From Laetmonice hystrix (taxonomy: Eukaryota), in assembly GCA_965235115.1 (NCBI GenBank), contig OZ249436.1, positions 8,372,001 to 8,436,000 of the forward strand: DNA of 64,000 bases, read 5' to 3'. This document shows, one piece after another, positions 28,500 to 41,483 of the stretch. Each line of letters opens with the position of its first letter. Position 1 is the first letter of the stretch. Below the pieces are notes generated by a model. That model was not told where the DNA came from. It did no database searches and worked only from the letters and a program-made list of their open reading frames with translations. A program made the translations under genes and the position numbers.

Positions 28500-28538
<39 letters not shown>
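28459..28538. repeat. (CT)n microsatellite
   Basis: ~80 bp of CT dinucleotide with few interruptions. Confidence 0.97.
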
Positions 28539-28542
<4 letters not shown>

Positions 28543-29141
28543 AAACTCAAGTTGATATGATTATTACGACAAATCCTCCGCTGTCCATGGCCTCATTTGT
28601 TTTTGCAACGTTTGCCCCAATGCGTCATCATCCATCATCAAAGCTACTCTATCCCTTGAGGGCAATAGCCTACATGACTGCCATGGGAAACTGTGTCGCT
28701 CATGGAATTCACCTCCGACCTGCGCAAACATCGCAAAGTTTGGATCATTTGTTTTCATTTTGACGTGAATTATTCTGGAATTATGCCACCAAAAGATGAC
28801 TCTGGAGGTATACCGCCAAAGGGGGACAACGAGGTTGGTCAATCTGCAGAAGGCGTTCTGATTGCATAAAGTTTCGGATTTTGCGCAATGATGAGCTCGT
28901 ATAGGCATGCACAATCTAGCAGTGGAGAACCCAATATTACAATAAAATGGGCAGGCAATAAATTCAACAAAACTATGTCGGTACCATTTACGTTTTTATA
29001 ACGTTGTGGGTCACAGAGAAATGAAACATGTGTCGGGACACAGTGACGTACAGGGCCTACAGCAGTTTTGAACGTTGAATCAGAACACGCGGTCATGCCG
29101 ATATAGGACATTGTATACTCATAGAGTCGTATTTATTTTAA

Positions 29142-29383
29142 GGACAAGTGCTAGTGTGAGGCCAAAAATTTGTTTGAGACAGATTTTTTTTAAATTTTGC
29201 AGATAAACAGAGTATGTTGTCCTCTTTCAAAATTTAGCAAAAAAATGATACCTCACCGGCTTAGTTTTTTTGTTAGGAGCGTTTGAAGTTGGTATTTTCT
29301 TCATGTTAATGAATACAGTTTGCAATTTTTTTTTTTTTTTTTTTTACTTTTTTTTTGTCAGAACGGTGTTATGACAAATAGAA

Positions 29384-29421
<38 letters not shown>

Positions 29422-29532
29422 AGAAAAAAAAATTTTGACTTTGAACATTTTCACTGGTGTAAATGAGCAAAAAGTGAAAATGTTCAAAATCAAACTCTTC
29501 AAAAATTTTTGGCCTCACACTAGCACTTGTCC
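29142..29532. mobile_element. Kolobok-like MITE (TTAA TSD, GG...CC termini)
   Basis: TTAA|GGACAAGTGCTAGTGTGAGGCCAAAAA ... TTTTTGGCCTCACACTAGCACTTGTCC|TTAA (27-bp perfect TIR); internal poly-T and poly-A tracts. Confidence 0.88.
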
Positions 29533-31535
29533 TTAAGTACATGTAGGCCTATATGTAGGCCTGGCCTTTGTCGTTGTTGGTGTTACCGCCGCCAGGAGGA
29601 AAGCTCGAGTGGGTAAACTGGTCGATGTATCGATTCAACTGATTGGTCCTCATAGATCTGGGTTCCTTTCTGCAGCACTACGGCGCTGGCCCCGACGGCT
29701 GCTCCAAAATAAAATCCTATTCCTCACGGAACAGCACCTCCCAAATCTAATAAATAACCGAATATGAGATTATATATGTCTCGGCTTACCAAAAGCAGAA
29801 AGATGAAAGCTAGATCATAGCAGTGGCCAAACCTACCACCCCTATCGGCTGTCATCCTGCCCTATATGTATATAAGTGTATCAGCCGCCTCATCCTAGAT
29901 GTGGATTCAGGCGGTCTGCCAATAAAAAGAAGCAAAGTCGTCGGCTTGACCTGTCGGTCGTTCTGCCCGGTTACGGTGGAGACCCTGCGGTAGAAGCCAT
30001 GAGAACAAACATATTGTGATGTCTGTTTCATCCTACAGCCAGCAGTTGGGCTAATATTTGACCATGCCGTTGAGAAGATAGGCGAATCCTGTTACAAAGA
30101 GGTTCAAAGCTTCAAAAAAAAAGAAGATGCCCCTAGGAGAAAATCTACCAGAAATCATCTATCTTACAGCGGAAATAAATCTACCTTCAGAACACATGGA
30201 GAAAAATAGGGGTCCTACATTTGGAAGGTGGTAAGCTTTGTTATAAGCTTGATCTTATGATCAGTTTGGGGAGAACATAATCTGACGGTATGGGGAGGAG
30301 TTACTGTAATGGTATATTACGCTTTGATCCACCAACCATGGCAACTCGTCATGTACGTACAAAGGCCCCGAATGTATACCTAAAAATGTAGCGACCTTGG
30401 CGAACTGTGCAGTATTGCATGACAGTAAAAAAATGTAACGACCTTTGGCGAACTGTGCAGTAGGCCTATTGCATGACAGTAAGTGTATGATACCCTGACC
30501 GATCATTATACTGCTGGAAGCGGAAAAAATACCACATGACCTCGAACTCTAAAGGGGATGCTCCTTTCACATAAATCAGATCTTAGAATGGTAGTCGGTG
30601 TCGGCTGCCTTGTGTGACGTATACCATTAACTGTCTGTCTGTCTGTCTGTCTGACAGACATCCCCTGTTGGAGGATTTATCGCCGATTCCATATTGGACG
30701 TGACACTCCACACCCCCTTCTCCCCCCATGCAAGAAGAGAGATTCTCCAGCAGAATTAACCCGTCGACCTACCTTTTTTTTAATGGATCCAATGTTTTTT
30801 TCTTATACAATCAGTGTCCTAAGTGTGGGCCAGGCTAAGATGACTTTATAGCATGTTAAAATAGCGGATAGCACCGCGTGTAAATATGACTTGTGCCCAT
30901 AAACGCACAATGTGCCATTCTTTGTTGTGCCTGTGACCATTTATTTTGCCCATGCAGGGAACACTATAGCTTATATACTATTAAATGCGATAAAAGATTA
31001 TACTAGAAAAAATGCAGGAAGTCAACATGACTTACAGTAGAATCTACACTGTAATATACATGCAGTTGTTCATTCAAGCATGCATGACTCCATTGCCTTG
31101 TGATATGTGTACATGAATACATGCATGTAGTCAGGCAGGCAGGATGACTTTCTCCCTCTGTCACAAAAATAGGAGAATGATACCATATCATAACACATTC
31201 GGTAAGAGGCTAAATGCTAATTTTAAAGTAAAGCGGGCCTATGAAATGTCTATTTACAGCCCGCCGCTGGCCACTGAGTAGATCTAGTTGTGTTTTGATC
31301 TAAAAGCTGGAACGTCCAACACAAGCAGCGAGATCAGAGAATTATATTAGGAAAAAAAGACGTAATATTGTCTATAAAATGAGGGGGCAGGTTCCATGGA
31401 ACCATGTTTTCGTATCCGCCCTTGAATTCATCAATTGCTGATAGTGTTTGTTCTCTTAATGTCAAATCATATTAAATTATTTCGCTCTTGGTTGTTTGTC
31501 TTGGCGCGTAGACGATCCTGTCTCAGTCATGGTCT

Positions 31536-34500
31536 CTAAAATGTACTTTCGTTCTCATCCTTTACCTTGCATTGGTCATCCTGTGTAAACACAAACAAAT
31601 CACCAGAATTAGATGCTCTTGAATTGTTTCTGTTAAAAAATAGGGCTTAGACATTCTTACTGGTGGATAATAAAATATCATAAATTAGGCCTCTGCCCAA
31701 TATTTTATAGGCCTGGAAATGATTGGTTTAGGCTTTTGGTCTATGCAATGTAATTTTGGAAGGACCTGATTTACAAAAACTCCCATTGGATTTTCCCCTT
31801 TGCATGCAGTGTTCCACCCTTGACCGGGCTCCCTTGCGTATTGATCAGTCTCAAATCCAATATCATTTGTAGCAATATAGGCATATCCTATAAAAATCGA
31901 AGTCCTCTAGGATTCACAGATATTACCTTTTGTACTAATATCACTTAAAACAAAAAAAAACAGAAGTGAACTTAGATTTACGTAGAAACACAAAGACATC
32001 AATCACCAAGTTCTTACAGGAATGAGCTGCGAGCAGCTGTCCGACCTGGCGCTCAATTTGCCCCGCGACTCCCGATCTTCCCGCTTGAGGTCGCTCTGAC
32101 CGGCTTCCTCGTTTTCCCGCGTGGTGTCGCCACTACTAGCAACCATCCAGACGCTGCTGGAGAACGTGGCCGGGGGCTCACGGTGCCCCACACCGGTACG
32201 ACAGGCCACCGAGTGGATTTGGACTCCGTCCCCGAGATGACAACATTTAACCATGGGCTCTACTTTCGACTTGCCAATATTAGACACCGTGTAGTCTCTA
32301 ACAGGAATGCTTTTCTTGGGTACACGGGCCATGCGAACCTAAGGGAAACTCGAGTTGATTAGGAAGTTTTCCCGCCAAAGATTGAAGTGAGCTCTAGGGT
32401 CAACATGGAATTTAATTAATTCGTTATCATTCAGAGTGAGATTGCTAGAACACAACCATTTTAAATCATATTGATATACAAGAATGGATTGTAATAATTA
32501 AACTTATCATTAAAATTATCGGTGGGTTGGAACCAACATTAGATCTACTGCCAGAACTTCTGTGACCCAAGATGATTTGATGAATAAACCTATACATGCA
32601 TGAAATTGATTGGGATCTAAGCTGACAGATATATAAATACAGAAAAGAAGACTAGATAAAATTAATAAGGGACTGTTAAGAAAGAGTTAGATAGAAGGCA
32701 AAGTGGCACATAAATTGATGGCCAAAACAAAATTAGATGCAGCTAGATATGGGTTCTTATATGCAACCGGAAGCGATAGGTAGGCCTATACCATACGCGG
32801 TCGTTTGCAGGAAGTATGAATAAGTAATCTTGGTGGTAGATTAATATTCTTTACCTCTTCATTCCAAAAGCACATGAATAAAAACACTGTAATGCCCTGA
32901 AATATATTGAAAGACATGTAAGTTGACAAGTGTGATATAAGTATAGGAATATATTGGATCAAGATCCGCAAACAGTCGTTATTTAGGCCTACTGTTAAGG
33001 TACGCTGTCATCCCAGGCGATGTGGATATTTAAAACTAGGATATATCACTGTTATTACATCAAGATTACAGTTACATGACCAACTGAAGTAAATATTACC
33101 AGAGCTATATTGAAGACAGCGAAGAGTACTTGCACCCATATGGCGTTGTGTGTTATGGTAAAAGCAGCGGAAACCCAGGTCCCTATCAGTAACGGGTTTA
33201 AGAGAAGACATGACCTGATTCCCGACCTATAGATAATAATATCACAAACATAAAAACATGGCTGTTTTATAACACCCAGTCAGAGTCAAACCTATTTATA
33301 ATTATAACTATTAACCACTCCCCCAGCACGAAAGAAAAATGTAAAGTTGATTCGCGAATGTAAACGAAACGCTGATGCTTCCTCGGACCGTTTTGGGGGT
33401 AATACATTGGTATAATTATACCAGTTTGAGGGCCGCCGGCCGTATATAACTCTATATTTAGAGTTATATACGGCGGCCCTCAAACCAACGATCTTATTGG
33501 GGAGGGGATGATATATTTTTAAAATACTTTCCATTTGATTACAACAGACATGTATTAAGGGCGTAGTAAATACATATTGCCCAGTATAGATTCTAACCAG
33601 AACTGCTCGGTGAAAAATCAATACCTTGCCGAAAATGAATTATTGAAGAGTGTATATATACGGGCTCGACGGATAATAGATTATACATGCATGTCGACGT
33701 AGAATATCTTTAGCTAAGCAAAGGGCCGCCAAATCAGGCACACTATAATACATCTAGAGCTAATGTTCTCGAGCTCGATAGATGACTTGTCATGGGCTTC
33801 TTACCAAGTGAAAGCTACTAAAGTCTTCACGGAAAGGTCTTTCATCCTTCGGTAAATATGGATGACCACGAAAAGTATGCCCCACGTAATCTAGGAAATA
33901 GTGAATATAATGTAAGCCATTGCACATAATAAAAGTTGGTGTTTCGCTACATGAAATATATATATACATCTGAATACAAAATTCCACGACCCTCCAACCT
34001 CCGCCCACATAATAAAATGAGGCATATTTTTTGGTAAGGTATTTTTACAATTCCCGTTTGTGGCTCATGTGTTTTTGTTAAGTGTGACCTCTAAGTTCAA
34101 TGACACCATAAAAAACAGCGCTGTTGTAAAGTCGTTGGACACGATGGGGGATGATGGAGATTGTCGAATTACTGCAGTTAGTGTTTACTTACCAGAGCAG
34201 TCACACAAAGTGGTACGAGTATTGACAGATACATAAAATTCTCTGAGGATACCCAGCAACTACAACACAAACAAAATACAAATGTAATAGGTCTATACGT
34301 CATGTACACAGTGCTGTCCAATCAATAGTTCTAACCTGATACACACAGTCGAGCGATCCTGTGATTCTCTGGATTTGCCAGTAAATTGTCCGTGTGGTTT
34401 TAGGCCCCTAGGGTCACATGACTTGCCCTTTCAACCAGGCTGTTCTATATAACTCCTAACTGAATGGCTACATAATCGTCCTTCCAAATAAACACCAATG

Positions 34501-37500
34501 CCCTTGCCTGAAAATGAAAAGTCGATTCCAGCTGTGGCGAATCTCATGTAGAATAGAATAATACATGTAACGCTTTCAGACTGAAACCAGACTTACTGAA
34601 CCGGAATAAAACCGCCACTCTCATGAACAAAATGGGTCTGTTGAATCTGAACAAATATACAGAGCAAGGAAGTGTCTCGAGATCATTTGTCATAGAGACA
34701 TGTACTTGAATGAACATAGTCTGGAAACGTGGACATAGGGCCTAAATAAATTATAAGGCACACTATTAGAGAAATATGGGGCACAGACATTTCATTTCTT
34801 TTTCTGAAACTCGTTTTACCAGGGGTCAGAGAATATGTCTCTACGCCATCCACCTTTAATTTGTAACCATGAAAGAGGTGTACTCCTTATTTGTATAATT
34901 AGGGAAGATGGGACAATAACAACAACAAAATGCCGTGGAGACACGAGTGCTACTTGCTGCCATGGCATTGAAATGAACGAACTTCCGGGGTCCCCCGTGT
35001 ATGTCTTTGGAAATCCCTGGATATTTATTATCAAGAGTCGCCCCCTACCAAAGCTACCTGACCATGACCACCTGATCAATATTTGATAATTAGACACTAT
35101 GATCACAATCACTAGGACGCCCTTACAAGAGCAGGTTCCTGTAGTCGGTGTTTCTCCAGATGATGGTAATGATGGCCACACATCCGGGCACTCCCCACCC
35201 GATGGCCGTGTACACACTAAACGTCATGATACGATTGTATGGGTTAGTGGTGCGCATCTCAGTACCCAGCAGCAGACTGTAGCTGAGTAACCACGTGAAA
35301 CATGCCAGCGTCGTGAAGTGTAGTACCAGTGCCACCATCGTACAAACTGCCTGCAGGGGTTCGAGACAGAAGCAAGGACGTAGAGAGTTAGAAAAACGGG
35401 GTACGTTTGGGTAGCCTACATCCAAACTGGTCTGCTGCATAACTTCTTATAGGAACAACCCTTTTCAATTACGAGACGGGTTTATAAGGGCGAGGTGGTC
35501 CTGAGCAATAAGCTGTGGGTTCATTTTTGGGGTAAAACTTGGCACAGTAGCGCCCGGTTGTATAAGGTCTACATGTATTCACCGGCACATCCGAGAATCG
35601 TGATCCAGCTAGGAATATCGCTTCTGTCAAACTCAGCGCAATGAGGAAACTGATGCGGACGTACGAGCGAGTACTGTCTAACAACCTGCAGAGAGAAAGA
35701 GTAGAATGTGGAGCTTTCTGTCACAGTAATGATACTAGTGTTGGCACTGGCGGGCAAAGAGTCCAGTTTCTGGATGTGTATGCTACCCTTCTGACTTTTA
35801 CCGTTTCCTATAGGCCTACATTCTTTTAAGACTCTCCCAGGACTCAATGGAGATAAGGTTGCCATTAGGCCTAGCGTACTGTCATGGTTTCGGAATGTTT
35901 TACATAAGAGTTTGACCAAAGACCTACTATATAAAGAGTGCCCCTTAGGACTCTGAGTACAGTACAACAGTATCTCCACAAAGTCTTGCCGAGTTCAGAC
36001 CCCGAGTCACCCTGATGAGGATGTCCTTTATATCAAAAAAGGTATGCCTAAGACAGAAATAAACTCTGAATCCCCCTCAGTTAAAATTACATAACTGTAT
36101 ACTATGATTGATACGGCTACTAGGCCTACTTGCCTATATCCGATGAGAGTCATGAGAGTGACCATACAACATAGTGAAGTGAATGCACAGCCAATCAGAG
36201 AGAGATACTGAACGTGGCCGACCGATAACTGAAATAAAGATGTCATTCAGTGAGGAATATTGTGAACTGTTTGGTCCACCGTACTGATCTATGATCTCAT
36301 CTTTTTCTTGAGTTAAGCCTACGTATACTGGCTGTCATAAGATGGTTGTTACTTAGGGTACCTCCAGTATAGCTACCATCGTCAACAACATCGACGTCAC
36401 ATAGGGGCCTACATTCCTGCAGTGACTTCAAGGCCGAGTCTGTGGGTGACGGGTTCTCCACCACTGACCAATCTCTACCTTACTTCGTACGTATACACGG
36501 ATCATTGACCATACAGGTACATATTGTATATATTTGGTCCACATCTAGTTCAATATACAATGGATAGTATGATTGTTTGGTATCTCTATTGGATAATTTC
36601 CTGGCTACCTAAAAAATGCCCATGCTCAGACTCATTGGTGACTTACTGTTGGTTGGAGAATGGTGACTTACTGTTGGTTGGAGAATGGTGACTTACTGTT
36701 GGTTGGAGAATGGTGACTTACTGTTGGTTGGAGAATGGTGACTTACTGTTGGTTGGAGAATGGTGACTTACTGTTGGTTGGAGAATGGTGACTTACTGTT
36801 GGTTGGAGAATGGTGCCGAATGTCGACAGATGGTTACACTGGCACACGACCTCCGTACCTTGATGTCTGGCCACCACGCAGCCGTCCTCTGACCATCCAC
36901 TAACAACAGTGTTAAAGGTACTTTATAAATGTGCAATTGGCATAAATCCGTGCCCACCATCCACTAACAGCAGTGTCAAAGGTACTTTATAAATGTGCAA
37001 TTGGCATAAATCCGTTCCCTAACCATCCACTAACAGCAGTGTCAAAGGTACTTTATAAATGTGCAATTGGCATAAGTCCGTTCCCTAACCATCCACTAAC
37101 AGCAGTGTCAAAGGTACTTTTATATTAATGTGCAATTGGCATAAATACTTCTGAAAATGAAGACTTTTTTTACGAGTATTCTTGAAACTCGGGTATATAA
37201 TTGCATTACTGTGGCAGTTTCTTCGCATAACCTATCATATGAACTTCAGGGGCGGATCGAGGATTGTGGAAGGGGGCCAGAATTTCAGTGGGTGGGGTTC
37301 AGAATGGTCAATTCAGAAAGTTCTATGGGAAAAAAGAAAAATTGACTGCCGAGGAGGTAAGAGGAGGTGAAACCCTAACCCCACTGGATCCGCCACTGAA
37401 CTTGAAAGGGACAACACATAAGCGGTGCCTTGTAAAACGGTTAGATACTTGCCTAAATAACCCTGCTCCATCCAGCAGCAGAACTTTACAAGCCACCATC

Positions 37501-40491
37501 TGCCTGTCGGCCACGGTGGCGGGCGCTCCATTGCTGTACCGGATTGTGATAGGGACGAGCGTCTGAAGCGCCATCTCTTGGCCCGATGTACTAAACATGG
37601 AGCACATCGCCAATGGTGACGATAACTGGGCGGGATCTCCAGCGTCTTGAAACAACGTTTCTACATTCGGGAAAACAAACGCCACCACACCACCCATCCC
37701 TAGGCTTCGTGCGTCCTTGGGGACCGTGATGCTAACACTGTCGTCTGCCCCATTTGTTTCAAAAACGAATCCTTCAAAAGCGTCGTAACTTGACTTCATC
37801 ACCAGCATTTTTATGTCGCCAACGCTTGCGTGAAACTGCGTCGTGACGATGTTGTTCTGGATTATGATTCCAATGTCTGAAAGCGCCTTAACGAGACTAA
37901 GGACACCATTCCTGACATCGTTCAGGTTTGTTGTGTTCATGGAGGCATCTCTCCGGATGTCCTCCAAGTATTGCCCGACCGTCTGGAGATGACCCAGGAC
38001 GAAATTCTTCAGCTGTCCCAGGTCGGCAAAGCTGGCCGTTGCACGGATTTCCTGAATTTGTTTGAGGAAGTTACTCAATGAATAGTTAGGCTCTGTCGAG
38101 GTTTCCTCTTCTGGTGTGGTAGTTGTATTAACAGACAGAAGTCTACGGTGGCCCACAAGGTTATACCTGCTTTTTTGACTCATCCTTTTCAAACTGGAAG
38201 GTTCCTCTTCAACCCGTTCGGTCTGTTTATCCTCAAGTTGTTTGAGAGGAAATCCATCACTTCGAACATCCCCACCACCACGAGATCCCCTTACTGAATC
38301 AACATTATCTTTGGCCTCTTCGATCAGTGCAGAGTGGAGGTCGGTGGGCTGGTAGATCCTCGGTGTCTGGCAGACGTATGCACGTTTTTCAGTACATGAC
38401 GCCAAGCCGAGAGCCTGGGCACCTAGGATCAATGTTCTGCACGCTGTCCAACCTGTACCGATAAAGTTGGACTCGGTGTATATTTACTGAGAATTTAAAC
38501 GGAATTACGATGCTTTTAACCCTGTCAATGATTGTGCTGTTAACTCTTTTCGGACCACTTTGACAAGGGTTGACTTGTAAAGGATGTCCATGCAGCTCCC
38601 TCACATGAGCTGCTGAAGGCCATTACCATTAGAGCCACAAAGTATTGTTCTTATTTGTCCTCTTTTCTTATACTCAAACTATTGTTATTCGGAAAACAGG
38701 TCCATTATTAACCCCCACCCCCTGGTAGGCCTAATATTACGTACTGGTCTTGTGATGTGTTGATGACCTTGACACCAGGCGGTCTGGTTCGGTTGCCACC
38801 CAGACTGCAACATTACTGAAGAGAGCCGCATCTTGTGTAGCTCCCATGGTCTCACTAAAATGAAGTAACAAAGTTATGTCACATATGTCTTAAATCATTG
38901 GATAGGCCAATTCAAATTTATATTCAAACTATCAGAGGTATTGCGATCGGCAATCTGGCGTTTCAGGTTAGAAAAGTGAAGTTTAAATGGTAAGTTTGAT
39001 TGTTGATTCATAAATGCCATCTACATGTACTCCGCAAATGAATACGGAACCCGTGAGCTATAAGTTCTAATTATGACAATAAGAAATATCCCATTGACCT
39101 ATACATTTGTACTTACCGGATATATTTGGCTAGGACCCTGACACTGTACTTTGTACTGACGGCAGAAAGTTTCCCGCCCGCCAGCCAACAGCGTTCTACG
39201 GCGTCTTGGTATGTCCATCCTCCCTTGGTGAAACCATCGACGAAGTAACAGAGGTCGGACAGGCCCGTCCAGCCAGGCGGACAGCCTGTTCTGTATTGGC
39301 CTACACGTGGGGATGTAAACTTGCCTTGGAGGAAAGAATAAAAAACCATAGAAAACCTGGGGTCGACATAAATAATATCAGTCAACCAAAACAAGCACGT
39401 GTATAAGCACACGTTGCTGCAGCTAAAAGTTACGTTATTACCTGGTAAAAGTTGTATTACAGCATAATGCACTCGGAGCAACCGAATCGAAAGCTTTCGA
39501 TATTGTTTCCAGTCAGCAGTGTCCTAAAGTAAATATTTCATGAACGCTCGAACGGTCTCGGCGGTCTTCTTCTATATATACATCATGATCTCAGCTACCC
39601 CTCGGACATATTATCACGGCATATAACACCGTCTCAAATCTGTGCCTACAAGCGAGATCTTCTTATTAATGTCCGTAATGTATTTCGTAAATTAAAAAAA
39701 ATTATATAGCCAAAATTGACCGATATCATGATAGTTTCTCCTCCTCCTTGCTAAAAATCCTGTACACACCCCTGAACCCTGCAGCTTTATCTGGTATACG
39801 TCGTATTGAATTCATAATGAATAATAAATAAACGTTCTGCATATTCGATTCTCTTATTCCGTCAGAATGCCTTCAGCACGGCGACAATAGGACAGGTTGA
39901 AAACACCACTATTCGAGCCTGATCGGCTGTTCTGTGGTGTTTGATGAAGTAGGCCTAAATAGGCCTAGTTGTAACTTGTAGAGAGGTTCCAGACACACCT
40001 AACGGCCATTGTACTTTTCCTGGCAGGCGTCTCATATGATCCAGAAATAAGTCACGGTTACTGAAAGGTTTATTATTGATGACGCGGTTTCGGTTCCTTT
40101 ATTATGTTAACCACCTTTCTGAATCAATTTCTACTTCAACAGTTGACCGGCTGAGACACGACAGGTCATTTCCCACATCTTAATTTCAAGGTCTCCATGT
40201 GAACTGTCTATAGATTATTACCTATAGGGAGTATCTATCAATACAATATTATGAATATATCATACCCTTGCATTTGATAGACTTTATCAATGCCACAAGA
40301 TGAGCAGCACTAGACTCTATTGCTCTCGGAGCCTCCTTGCTATTATGATTATAGATATCTAATGATTAATGTACGATCGAATCCGAAGTTTTATACTTGC
40401 CAATGACACTGTGACCGTGCTGTGATGCAGTCACCATACAGTGGGCCAAGCGGATTATCACCGAAACCACGAGTAGTGTATTTTGTTGCAT
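31536..40491 (-). CDS. Adhesion GPCR: signal peptide, C-type lectin domain, stalk, GAIN/GPS, secretin-like 7TM; ~865 aa, 14 exons
   Basis: Phase-consistent exons: 40401-40491 (in-frame upstream ATG also at 40536), 39117-39300 (CPPGW..CYF..WTYQDAVERCWLAGGKL), 38745-38854, 37453-38452, 36797-36899 (WSEDGC..CQCNHLSTFGTIL = GPS), 36134-36228, 35583-35685, 35127-35350 (LHFTTLACFTWL, IGWGVP), 34193-34259 (CWV), 33805-33890, 33100-33226 (LNPLLIGTW), 32855-32896 (FMCFWNEE), 32018-32338, 31536-31580; total 2598 nt. First and last exons are the least certain. Confidence 0.93.
33424..33485. repeat. Near-perfect 62-bp palindrome in a GPCR intron
   Basis: GTTTGAGGGCCGCC(GGCC)GTATATAACTCTA-TATT-TAGAGTTATATACGGCGGCCCTCAAAC. 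Confidence 0.85.
36636..36815. repeat. 25-bp tandem array x7 spanning the GPS exon splice donor
   Basis: Minus-strand unit ATTCTCCAACCAACA|GTAAGTCACC; plus-strand ACTTAC at 36641, 36666, 36691, 36716, 36741, 36766, 36791. Confidence 0.97.
36892..37146. repeat. 64-66-bp tandem array x4 spanning the GPS exon splice acceptor
   Basis: Units start at 36892, 36956, 37022, 37088; each reads CTTTRACACTGYTGTTAG|TGGATGGT on the minus strand. Confidence 0.95.
37247..37398. mobile_element. hAT-like MITE with 5-bp TSD
   Basis: AACTT|CAGGGGCGGATC ... GATCCGCCACTG|AACTT. Confidence 0.8.
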
Positions 40492-41219
40492 CGTCAGGCA
40501 ATGTCTTCTGGGCACCACCAGCCAGCATCTGTCCATCGGCTCCTCACTCACTCACTCGCTCCACATCGAAAGCTTGGGCTCAAAAACAGCACCCGACACT
40601 GCGCCGTTACCGCAAAGGCGATGCAGACTTCCGCGTCACTCTTACTAAAGTACCGTATTCAAATCGATTCGAGTTTTTAAATCGGCACGTTTCCTGGGAC
40701 CGATACCCACAAAACACGTCTCCAGTGCCATGGCTCTGGAGTGTTTTTCCATATGTGTAGTCAACTGGAACTGTATGCGTAGATATCCTGCCATCACATA
40801 TCGATGTGCCACATTACAATTTCATGCGTCCCCCTTCGATACCAAACGTGCGACCGATGTACACAAGTATACATAGGGCCATCAGACACCTCGCCGCTAC
40901 CGACGAGTCTGTTTAGGTCGGGGAAGTCACACGTATAATACATGGCTTGGTAGTATAAATCGAATTCTGAACTGAACCCTCTACATGTTGGAGAATGGTA
41001 GATCTATGTCCAAAATGTTAAGATTATATCAGAGGACTTGAGGTTTTTATATTTAGGTTATACCTCGTTGCGACCGTGAGTAGAACTCTATAAAGCATCA
41101 ATATTTTTGGTGTGATCTACGTTTTAGCATTTTTACTGGCTATCTTGCAAAAATAATATTTTTTATGAAATTCTCTGACTGAATGTTTACTCCCCAACTA
41201 GACCAGCCACTGCCAGGTG

Positions 41220-41483
41220 CAGTGCTGCCACTTTATACCTTTTTAAGAGCAAAACTACTTTTTTAAGAGCAAAACTACTTTTTATACTTTTTTCATGTGT
41301 AAATACTTTGATACTTTTTTCTATCAAATCGGATAACTGAACACTCTTCAGACATCGATACATGTAATGAGACTTAAGAGGGTAAATTGACGCAACTTAA
41401 TACTTTTTTACTACTTTTTCCCCCCGACAATCTAGATTTTCTTTTTGGGGAGGGGGCGGGTCAAATCCAGAGTGGCAGCACTG
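41220..41483. mobile_element. MITE (CAG...CTG termini)
   Basis: TIR CAGTGCTGCCACT / AGTGGCAGCACTG with internal ATACTTTTT-type motifs; TSD not evident. Confidence 0.65.

Noticed and set aside
34597..34860. Two exon-like segments between the TM4 and TM5 exons of the GPCR
   Set aside because: One introduces a stop and the other shifts phase; 35127 joins 34259 in frame and gives the expected CW motif.
37323..37452. C-terminal part of the 369-aa ORF
   Set aside because: Intron and MITE read-through past the GC donor at 37452.
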